Source of the DNA: Elusimicrobiota bacterium
GTDB taxonomy: Bacteria > Elusimicrobiota > Elusimicrobia > UBA1565 > UBA9628
Reading direction: 5' to 3'
DNA: 64,000 nt
NCBI GenBank assembly: GCA_035534315.1
Contig: DATLSD010000049.1
Location: 19,339 to 83,338, forward strand
Position numbers and translations under genes: made by a program. The notes under the pieces were generated by a model that searched no databases, was not told where the DNA came from, and saw only the letters and a program-made list of their open reading frames with translations. This document shows, one piece after another, positions 10,227-17,619 of this stretch (the first letter of the stretch is position 1; every line of letters begins with the position of its first letter).

Positions 10227-10305
10227 CGGCTCTGCTACGAATCTGGCAAACCTCGGTCTCGGAACCCGCCGCTTAGACGCTTCTTATTGTTCAACATAGG
10301 ACCCC

Positions 10306-10334
10306 TTGAAAAATTAGGGAACGACTGTTATACC
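10306..10334 (+). promoter_or_regulatory. putative sigma70-type promoter with extended -10 (TTGAAA-17-TGtTATACC)
   Basis: TTGAAA at 10306-10311, a 17-nt spacer ending in TGT, and TATACC at 10329-10334. The 39-nt leader carries the SD AAGGAGAG at 10361-10368. Confidence 0.5.
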
Positions 10335-10373
10335 TAATATAGACTGCAAACCTTTCGGCCAAGGAGAGACCTC

Positions 10374-11276
10374 ATGGAGCCCGTAGAAAACGTGCGCGTA
10401 CAGTTGGGTGACGTTTGGAAAAGGCTCTCGGAAGTCTGCGGCAAACTCTGGAATGAGAACTCTCCCAGCGCCGTGGCACTACAGGCCATCATCGAGGAGT
10501 TCAAGTCCGAAGTTAGCCATGCCGATCAGATGCTGATATCCAGCCAGAAGGCTCTCATCTCCGATCGCCAGACCGTGGAGAAAAATCTCAACGCCGTTTA
10601 CTCCGAGCGTCTGGCCTTTTTGGAGCGTCAGATCAAGGACATGGGCGCGCGCGGCGCCAGCCTGGAAAAGGCCCTCGCGGAAAAAGAGAAGCACGCGCAG
10701 GCGCTCATTCAGGAGCTCTCCGAGAAGGAGCGGCAGAACCGTGAATTTTACGATCAGTACCTCAAGACCGCCGCGGAGCGCGACGAGGTCCAGGCCCGCA
10801 AGATGGAGGGCTTCTATAAGGAGTTGCGCGAGAAGGAAGATTCTTTGGAAGCCGCCTGGAACGCGCGGCACAAGACCTTGGAGTCCGAGTATCAGCTCCG
10901 GCAGCAGTCGCTGGAAAAGCGCCAGGAGGAAGCTACCGGCGAGGCTAAGCGGCGTCTCCAGGAAGTCGAAGGCCAGCACGCCAAGAGGGAAAAGGATCTC
11001 GACGCCGCGCACGAGAAGCTCCTTCACGAGATCGACGAGTGGGAGTCGCGCCGGCTCGTTGAAGATCAGAAGCTCCACGAAGAGCGCGAAAGGCTGCTGA
11101 CCCGGGAGCAGGAACTAGCCGCGGAATACAAGAAAAAGCAGGGGGAACTCCAGTCTATTAAGGAAGGCCTGCAGCGGGAAATCGCCGAACTGGTCCGGCA
11201 GTATCAGGCGAAAATAAAGGAAGGCTCAGCCTCACCCCGCCCGGCGAATTACCAGGACGTCCGCTCCGTCCTTTGA
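10374..11276 (+). CDS. coiled-coil protein, paralogue A1 (unknown family)
   Basis: 300 aa, rich in Glu/Lys/Arg/Gln/Leu with heptad character. It shares an N-terminal block ('KLWNENSPSAVALQAIIEEFKSE') and a C-terminal block ('EYKKKQGELQSIKEGLQREIAELVRQYQA') with the 13856-14734 product. Confidence 0.8.
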   Translation: MEPVENVRVQLGDVWKRLSEVCGKLWNENSPSAVALQAIIEEFKSEVSHADQMLISSQKALISDRQTVEKNLNAVYSERLAFLERQIKDMGARGASLEKALAEKEKHAQALIQELSEKERQNREFYDQYLKTAAERDEVQARKMEGFYKELREKEDSLEAAWNARHKTLESEYQLRQQSLEKRQEEATGEAKRRLQEVEGQHAKREKDLDAAHEKLLHEIDEWESRRLVEDQKLHEERERLLTREQELAAEYKKKQGELQSIKEGLQREIAELVRQYQAKIKEGSASPRPANYQDVRSVL

Positions 11277-11290
11277 GCCTTACCGCGAGC

Positions 11291-11357
11291 CGTAAAAAAC
11301 ATCCAAAGGCCGTGGGTTTTTTACGTCCCGAACCAACGGGTTTTGGAAGTTCGGGAC
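11291..11357. terminator. two adjacent perfect hairpins between convergent genes (possible bidirectional terminator)
   Basis: CGTAAAAAAC (11291-11300) pairs with GTTTTTTACG (11316-11325), and GTCCCGAAC (11325-11333) pairs with GTTCGGGAC (11349-11357). Both loops are 15 nt. They lie between the stops of 10374-11276 (+) and mltG (-). Confidence 0.5.
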
Positions 11358-11381
11358 GGGAGGCAAGCAGTACTGGGCCGC

Positions 11382-12392
11382 TTAAGGAAAATGCTTTGCG
11401 GCCCGGTACCGCGAGCCGGATTGGCCGCCGTCTTTCTTCGCTTGCTCAAGGCTTTTCCTGACCGCCGCCTTGGCGGCGTTTTGCTCCGCGTTGGTTTTTG
11501 AAAAAATGTGCCCGCCCTTGTCGTTGGCCACGAAGTAGAGATCCTTGGTGTCGGCCGGCCGCAGAACGGCCAGCAGCGACATCACGCCGGGGTTGCAGAT
11601 GGGGCCCGGCGGCAGGCCGTAATGGAGGTAGGTGTTGTAAGGCGAATCTATTTTCAAATCCTGCGTCGTGAGTTCTTTTTTCCAATACCCCAGCGCGTAC
11701 TGCACGGTCGGATCTGCCTGCAGGCGCATCCTCATCTTGAGCCGGTTCAAATACACCCCGGCAATCATGGGCCTTTCTGACTGGAGGTAGGCTTCCCGCT
11801 GGACGATGGAGGCCAGGATGAGCGACTGGGCCAAAGTTAGCGCGGGCTTGGGTGTAAAGCCGTCATAAACAGAGGCCATCTTGTCCTGGAACTCCCGGGT
11901 CATGCGCTCGGCCACCTGGGCCGGGGACTCGTTCGCGTCGAAGTAATATGTGGAGGGGAACAAATAGCCCTCCAAGCGGTTTCTCTCCACGTAGCGCATG
12001 AAGTCGTAAGCCTTGCACACGCCGTTGGCTTGCAGGCGCTCGGCGATCTGCCGGGCGGAAAAACCCTCCGGCACCAGGATGCGGATGCCGTCCGAGCCCC
12101 GTTCCAAGCGGCGCAGGACCTCAAAAATCGGCATGGACTCTCGGAACTAGTAAAGACCCGGCTTCAAGCTCCTGTCGGCGCGCAGGATCTTGGCCGCGGC
12201 GCGGAAAAGAGAAACCGATCCGATGACGCCGTCTTTCTTTAGCAACAGCCCGGTCTGCATGGCGGAAAGGCCCGGAGGAATTTCGATTTTAACGGGCGCG
12301 CCGGGCTTGAAGAAGGCGGCCGCCGCCGCAACGAGGACGGCCGCTCCGACGAGAAAGTAAAGCCTTTTTCCCACCGAAATCCAGTCTATCAT
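11382..12392 (-). pseudogene. mltG: endolytic murein transglycosylase MltG (YceG family) interrupted by an in-frame TAG at 12147-12149
   Basis: Two same-frame ORFs. The N-terminal part runs from the ATG at 12392 and contains the TM 'LYFLVGAAVLVAAAAAFF' and 'LKPGLY'. The C-terminal part is 'MPIFEVLRRLERG...ILVPEGFSARQIAERL...YNTYLHYGLPPGPICNPG'. The junction reads CCG GGT CTT TAC TAG TTC CGA GAG TCC ATG. The motif L-K-(A/P)-G-x-Y-x-(F) normally runs uninterrupted in MltG. Confidence 0.75.
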
Positions 12393-12398
12393 TTTGTA

Positions 12399-12427
12399 TT
12401 GAAAATTTAATAGGGGCCTGTTATAAC
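12399..12427 (+). promoter_or_regulatory. putative sigma70-type promoter with extended -10 (TTGAAA-17-TGtTATAAC); leaderless geometry
   Basis: TTGAAA at 12399-12404, a 17-nt spacer, and TATAAC at 12422-12427. Only 7 nt (tatcacc) separate it from the ATG at 12435, and there is no SD. Confidence 0.5.
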
Positions 12428-12434
12428 TATCACC

Positions 12435-13859
12435 ATGGAAGCGCCCAGGCCGCCCCAGGAGCCTACGCTCGGCAACATCGAGGCCATCAACAACATCGAC
12501 ACGGCGCGCATGGCTCTGCGCTGGGCCTTGGAGCGCCTGCACGCCCTGGAAAAATCCAAGGCCGAGGCCGCGCAAAAGTACGCGGAAGAGGCCAAGGAAC
12601 TCCGCGAGGCCATGGCGCTGCGCGCCCAGGAAACTTTTGAGCGCGAGGCCTACTACCGCAAAATAGAGGAATACCTTTCTCAGCACTTATCCGGCGAAAT
12701 CGATGCGACGGCCCTGGCCAAGCGCGAAATCGGCCTCTCGCAGAAGGAAGACCTGCTCCGGCGCCGGCAGGAGGAGCTGGAGCGCGATTTTTTGGGCCGC
12801 AAGGAGGCGCTGGAAGCCCAAGCGCGGCGTTATAAGGATGAGACTGAGCAGTCGGCGCAAATTAGAATCCACCAAGCCGCGCAGGCCGAGGAGGAGCGCC
12901 GCAAGCGCTTCGATAAAGCCTACTCCGACAAAATCATCGAGCTCTCCGAAAGGGAAGTCCAGATTAAGGGCTCCGCCGACGCCCTGGAGTCGCGCCGGCT
13001 GCAGTTCGAGCAGTTTTATCAGTCGCAGAAGGCGGAGTTGGAATCCCAAATAAAAGCCTTCCACGATTCGGTGGAGGATCAGGTACGCTTCCGCTTAAAG
13101 CACGCCGAGAATTTCATCACGGCGCGCTACGAGGCCCTACAGGCCACCTGGACGCAGGAAAAAGCGGTGCTTTTGGGCGAAATCGCGCAGTGGCGCCGCA
13201 AGGCTGAGGATCAATTGCCCAGATTTTTGGAACTCGAGAAGACGCTCGTGAGCAAGGAAGAAGTCATCAATTCGCTCGAAACCGGCCTCAAGCGCGCCGG
13301 TGAAAAAGAAAGCATTTGGGAAAAAGAGAAATCCCTGTTGCTGGCAGAAATTACCGAGTCTCGGCGCAAGGCCCAGCAAAGCCTCGAACGGATTCTGGAG
13401 TTGGAGCGCGGCCTTGCCGAGGCCGAGATTAATGCCCGCCGGGCCAAGGAAGTCGCCGAAGTGGAAGGCGGCCGGCGCGAGGAACTCGAAGCGCGCCTTG
13501 ACGCCGCCGAGGAGGAGCTCGCCCGCCGCAAGGTCCTGCTTGAGGAGGAATACGCCTCAATGTCCCGCGGCTTGGCCAAGCGTCAGGCGGAATTAGACGC
13601 CCTGGAGAGCCTGCTTTTCACCCGCCTTTCCGAATTCGAGGAGCGCAACCACTCGCGCGACATGGAGTGGCGCAAACGAGAGGACGGCCTGCGCGTGCGC
13701 GATCAGGATTGGCACCAACGCCTGGCTCAGTGGCAGGCGCACCTCAACGAGGAGTCCGGACGCATCGAAAAGCTCAAGCATGAGCTCCTTGAGTCCATCC
13801 AGTCCTACCGGCTGCGCCAGGACCCGGGCGCGCCCGGTCAAAGAGGAATCTCTTCATGA
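12435..13859 (+). CDS. long coiled-coil protein B (unknown family)
   Basis: 474 aa of almost continuous Glu/Arg/Lys/Leu/Ala/Gln heptad-like sequence. It is divergent from mltG, and its stop overlaps the next start (ATGA at 13856-13859). Confidence 0.8.
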   Translation: MEAPRPPQEPTLGNIEAINNIDTARMALRWALERLHALEKSKAEAAQKYAEEAKELREAMALRAQETFEREAYYRKIEEYLSQHLSGEIDATALAKREIGLSQKEDLLRRRQEELERDFLGRKEALEAQARRYKDETEQSAQIRIHQAAQAEEERRKRFDKAYSDKIIELSEREVQIKGSADALESRRLQFEQFYQSQKAELESQIKAFHDSVEDQVRFRLKHAENFITARYEALQATWTQEKAVLLGEIAQWRRKAEDQLPRFLELEKTLVSKEEVINSLETGLKRAGEKESIWEKEKSLLLAEITESRRKAQQSLERILELERGLAEAEINARRAKEVAEVEGGRREELEARLDAAEEELARRKVLLEEEYASMSRGLAKRQAELDALESLLFTRLSEFEERNHSRDMEWRKREDGLRVRDQDWHQRLAQWQAHLNEESGRIEKLKHELLESIQSYRLRQDPGAPGQRGISS

Positions 13860-14734
13860 GCTCGCCTCTAAACGCCCGGGCCCCCGAGCCCGAGCTGGAA
13901 AATTCCCATTTAAAGGAAATTTGGGGCCGCTTCGAGACGGTCGCGCGCAAGCTTTGGATTGAGAATTCCTCGGCCGCGGTCGGCCTGCAGAGCCTCATCG
14001 AGGAATTCCACGCGGAAATCGCGCGCGTCGAGGAAACTTTTCTGTCCTACCGCCGCAACTACCTGGAGCAGAAGGAGATCATCGAGAAAACTTATTTCGC
14101 GGAGACCATCGCCAAGCTGGAATCCGCTTTGGGCAAAGCCCGCGACAGAATTGCCGCCATGGAAGGCGAACTCGCGCTTAAGACCTCCAAAATCAAGGAC
14201 CTGGAAGGCTTCATCGCCGTCAAGGAAGAGGATCTTTCGCGCGCGCATGACCGGCACATCAAGTCCACGCTCGAGAACAGCGAACAGTTCAACCAGAAAA
14301 TCGAGACGCTTTATCAGGAAGTCATGGCCAAGGAGAGCGCGCTTCTGCCGCTCTGGGGCCGGCGGCTAAAGGAGTTGGAAGATCAATACCGGGCCCGCGC
14401 CGAGGAACTCGAACTAAAGAACGAAGCCACGCTCGCCGAGTATAAGCAGCGGGAAACGGCCCTCGAAAAAAATTATCAGGGAAAACTGGCGGAGCTGCGC
14501 GCGTCCCAGCAAAAAGCCTTGGACGACATCACCGATTGGAGCTCGAAGAAATTAAAGGAAGAGCAGGATCTCCTGCGCCGCACCCAGGGACTGGAACTCA
14601 GGACCCAAGAACTCGAGCACGAAATCAAGAAGAAGCAGATGGAACTCGAAACCCTCAAGGAAAACCTGCGGCAGGAGGTAACACAGGTCGTGCGACGCTA
14701 CCAAGCCTCCGAAAGTCCGGCCAAGGCCGCCTAG
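13856..14734 (+). CDS. coiled-coil protein, paralogue A2 (unknown family)
   Basis: 292 aa with the blocks 'KLWIENSSAAVGLQSLIEEFHAE' and 'EIKKKQMELETLKENLRQEVTQVVRRYQA', which match the 10374-11276 product. It is translationally coupled to the preceding coiled-coil gene. Confidence 0.8.
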   Translation: MSSPLNARAPEPELENSHLKEIWGRFETVARKLWIENSSAAVGLQSLIEEFHAEIARVEETFLSYRRNYLEQKEIIEKTYFAETIAKLESALGKARDRIAAMEGELALKTSKIKDLEGFIAVKEEDLSRAHDRHIKSTLENSEQFNQKIETLYQEVMAKESALLPLWGRRLKELEDQYRARAEELELKNEATLAEYKQRETALEKNYQGKLAELRASQQKALDDITDWSSKKLKEEQDLLRRTQGLELRTQELEHEIKKKQMELETLKENLRQEVTQVVRRYQASESPAKAA

Positions 14735-16368
14735 CCGGAAAACGCCGGGTATTCCCCGAAGACTCCCTTCAAGGACGACGTAATCTCCCCAATGGTGGCG
14801 TAGTCCTCCACGCATTCCAGGATGGCAGGCATGACGTTGGCCGGGGTGCGCGCGCAGTCGGCCAGGCGCTTCAAGGCCGATTGCGTTTTCGCGTCGTCGC
14901 GCTCGCGGCGCAGTTTCTTAAGCGCTCGAATCTGCTTTTGCTCCACCGAGCCGTGTATTTTCAAGATGGGCACGGTCTTCTCGTTGCGGGACTGGTGCAC
15001 GTTGACGCCGACGATTTTCCGCCGGCCGGCGTGCAGCTCCTTCTCGTGCCGGTAGGCGGTCTCCGCGATTTCGCGGTGGAAAAATCCGTGTTCCAAGGCC
15101 GGCACCACGCCGCCCATTTCCTTGATGCGGTCCATGATGTCCTTGGTCCGCTTGGCGATGTCCGCCGTGAGATTCTCCAGGTAATAGGAGCCGCCGAAGG
15201 GATCGGGCGTGCCGGTGACGCCGGACTCGTTGGCGATGATCTGCTGGGTGCGCAGGGCCAGCATGACGGCCTCGTCGCTGGGAAGCGCCAAGGCCTCGTC
15301 GTAGGAGTTGGTGTGCAGGCTCTGCGTCCCGCCCAGGACCGCGGCCAGGGCCTGGTAGGACACGCGCGCCAAATTATTGAGCGGCTGCTGGGCCGTCAGG
15401 CTCACGCCCGCCGTCTGGCAGTGCATGGGCAGCATCCAGGAGATCTCACGCTTGGCGCCGAACTCCTCCTTCATGAGCTTGGCCCAAATCATGCGGCCGG
15501 CCCGCAGCTTGGCGATTTCCTCGAAGAAGTAGTTGTGCACGTCGAAGAAAAAGGAAAGCTGCGAGGCGAAGTCATCGACGTTGAGCCCGCGCTTGACCAG
15601 CCGTTCGACGTACTCGCGGCCGTCGGCCAGAGTGAAGGCCAGTTCCTGCACCGCGTCGGCGCCCGCCTCGCGGATGTGGTAGCCCGAAATCGAGATGGGG
15701 TAGAAGCGCGGGACTTCCTTGACGCAGTACTCGATGACGTCGAGGACCAAGCGCAGGGACGGCTCGGGGGGGTAGAGGTACTCGTTCTGCGCGATGTATT
15801 CCTTCAGGATGTCGGTTTGGCAGGTGCCGCGCACGCGCTTGAAGGGAACGCCCTGCCTCTTGGCAAGGGCCAGGTACATCGCCAGCATGGCCGGCGCGGG
15901 CAGGTTGATGGTCATCGAGGTCGAGACCTTGGCCAAATCGATGCCCGCAAACAGAATCTCAAAATCGGCCAGGGAGTCGATGGCCACGCCCTCGCGGCCT
16001 ACTTCGCCGACCGAGCGCGGGTCGTCCGAGTCCAGGCCCATCAAGGTCGGCAAATCAAACGCCGTCGAAAGACCCGTCTCGCCGTGCGACAGAAGGTACT
16101 TGAAGCGCTCGTTGGTGTCCTTGGCGGTCTTGTGGCCGGCGAACTGGCGCATGGTCCAGTGGTTGACGCGGTAGCCCGAGCTCTTAATGCCGCGGGCAAA
16201 AGGATACTGGCCCGGCCGTCCCGTTTCGGCGCTCAGGTCCCGGCCTGCGATGGATTCCGGCCCGTAAACGAGCTCGATGGGGATTCCGGACAAAGTGCGC
16301 GGCTGCTGAGGCGGCTCGCTCGCCGTTACCTTGTTCTTTTTCGGCGCGTTTTTTTCCGCAGTTTTCAT
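14731..16368 (-). CDS. methylmalonyl-CoA mutase family protein, catalytic (TIM-barrel) subunit only
   Basis: 545 aa with 'PGQYPFARGI', 'TMRQFAGHKTAKDTNERFKYLLSHGETGLSTAFDLPT' and 'GGTQSLHTNSYDEALALP'. It lacks a C-terminal B12-binding domain. ATGA overlap with the tyrS stop. Confidence 0.9.
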   Translation of the reverse strand: MKTAEKNAPKKNKVTASEPPQQPRTLSGIPIELVYGPESIAGRDLSAETGRPGQYPFARGIKSSGYRVNHWTMRQFAGHKTAKDTNERFKYLLSHGETGLSTAFDLPTLMGLDSDDPRSVGEVGREGVAIDSLADFEILFAGIDLAKVSTSMTINLPAPAMLAMYLALAKRQGVPFKRVRGTCQTDILKEYIAQNEYLYPPEPSLRLVLDVIEYCVKEVPRFYPISISGYHIREAGADAVQELAFTLADGREYVERLVKRGLNVDDFASQLSFFFDVHNYFFEEIAKLRAGRMIWAKLMKEEFGAKREISWMLPMHCQTAGVSLTAQQPLNNLARVSYQALAAVLGGTQSLHTNSYDEALALPSDEAVMLALRTQQIIANESGVTGTPDPFGGSYYLENLTADIAKRTKDIMDRIKEMGGVVPALEHGFFHREIAETAYRHEKELHAGRRKIVGVNVHQSRNEKTVPILKIHGSVEQKQIRALKKLRRERDDAKTQSALKRLADCARTPANVMPAILECVEDYATIGEITSSLKGVFGEYPAFSG

Positions 16369-17600
16369 AACGAAGAGATTTTGATCCTATAAAATTTATG
16401 TTTACCCACTTTAAGGGCGAGCGTGGCAGCATTCTTGCGGGCTCGCAGATACTCATCAATGAGAACATCTTCCTTCAGTTTCTCACCATCAATAGTGACC
16501 GCTCCACTTTGGATAAGACGCTGGGCTTCCTTACGGGACGATACCGCGTTAATAACGAAAAGATAGCTACTCCAATATGTGCTGGAAGCAGACCCGGACA
16601 TCCCTACTTCCATTCTAATTTCTTTGGCATCTTCTGGAAATTTCTTATTAGAAAAGGTCGATTCAAAGTATTCCCGCGCCGCGACAGCTGGTGTAGCGCC
16701 ATGGTAGCGTTCCACCAAAGTCTGAGCAAGCCTCTTCTTTGCTTCCATCGGATGAGCCGCACGAACTTCCGTCATACTGAGCGTCGTTAAAAGTTCATAG
16801 TAAGAAAACATAAGTTCGTCGGAAATCTTCATGATATTCCCAAACATCTCATTGGGCTTGTCAGTCAAGGCCACCGCGTTGCCGTAGGACTTGGACATCT
16901 TTTTGACCCCGTCTAGGCCGACCAAGAGCGGCACGGTCAGGACCACCTGCGGCTCCTGCCCGGCGTCCTGCTGCATCTTGCGGCCGGTCAGAAGATTAGT
17001 CAGCTGGTCGTTGCCGCCCAGTTCCACGTCCGCCTTGACCGCGATGGAATCGTAGCCCTGCAGAAGGGGGTAGAGAATCTCGAGCATGGTCAGCGGCGAG
17101 TTTTCCTTCAAGCGCAGCTTGAAGTCCTCTCGGGCCAGAATCTGCTGCACGGTGTGGCGCTTCAGCGTATCCAGGAGCTTCTCGCCCACGAAAGGCTTGA
17201 GCCATTCGGAATTCCGGCGCAGCTCGGTCTTGCTTTTATCCAAAATCTTGAAGGCCTGATCCTGGTAGGTGCGCGCGTTCTTCTCGATTTCCTCGGCGGA
17301 GAGCTGCGGGCGGGTGGAATCGCGGCCGGAAGGGTCGCCAACCATGGCCGTGTAGTCGCCGATGATGAGAACGGCCGTGTGGCCCAAATCCTGGAAGGCG
17401 CGCAGCTTGGTCAGCACCACGCTGTGGCCCAGGTGCAAATCAGGCGACGTGGGGTCGACGCCCAGCTTGACGCGCAACGGCCGGCCGCGCGAGAGCTTTT
17501 TCCTGAGCTCGTCCTCGCTCACCAGCGACACGCAGCCGCGCTTTAAAATGCCCAGTTGCCGTTCAATTTCTCCGGCAGCCCTCATAATAAAGTTATGCAT
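16365..17600 (-). CDS. tyrS: tyrosine--tRNA ligase TyrS
   Basis: HIGH-type motif 'PDLHLGHSV', 'KMSKS' present in 'VKKMSKSYGNA', and an S4-like C-terminus 'SRKEAQRLIQSGAVTIDGEK'. The start could instead be Met6. Confidence 0.93.
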   Translation of the reverse strand: MHNFIMRAAGEIERQLGILKRGCVSLVSEDELRKKLSRGRPLRVKLGVDPTSPDLHLGHSVVLTKLRAFQDLGHTAVLIIGDYTAMVGDPSGRDSTRPQLSAEEIEKNARTYQDQAFKILDKSKTELRRNSEWLKPFVGEKLLDTLKRHTVQQILAREDFKLRLKENSPLTMLEILYPLLQGYDSIAVKADVELGGNDQLTNLLTGRKMQQDAGQEPQVVLTVPLLVGLDGVKKMSKSYGNAVALTDKPNEMFGNIMKISDELMFSYYELLTTLSMTEVRAAHPMEAKKRLAQTLVERYHGATPAVAAREYFESTFSNKKFPEDAKEIRMEVGMSGSASSTYWSSYLFVINAVSSRKEAQRLIQSGAVTIDGEKLKEDVLIDEYLRARKNAATLALKVGKHKFYRIKISSL

Positions 17601-17619
17601 AAGTTCAAATCTTATTTTA

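Noticed and set aside
12147-12149. TAG in mltG as a recoded (pyrrolysine or stop-reassigned) codon
   Set aside because: TAG terminates aspS (7736-7738), the coiled-coil A2 gene, the CxCxC OMP, the kinase, the adaptor and cinA at positions consistent with normal protein ends. No pyl genes were seen. A nonsense mutation or a sequencing error is more parsimonious.
12393-12686. N-terminal extension of the upstream mltG ORF (track start at 12686)
   Set aside because: It would overlap the divergent coiled-coil gene by about 250 nt, and its sequence is low-complexity. The ATG at 12392 gives the expected short cytoplasmic N-terminus plus a TM helix.
14536-16392. 618-aa ORF on the plus strand antisense to the acyl-CoA mutase
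   Set aside because: It has a low-complexity Gly/Arg/Ala/Val composition, whereas the opposite strand carries unmistakable mutase motifs. It is a shadow ORF.
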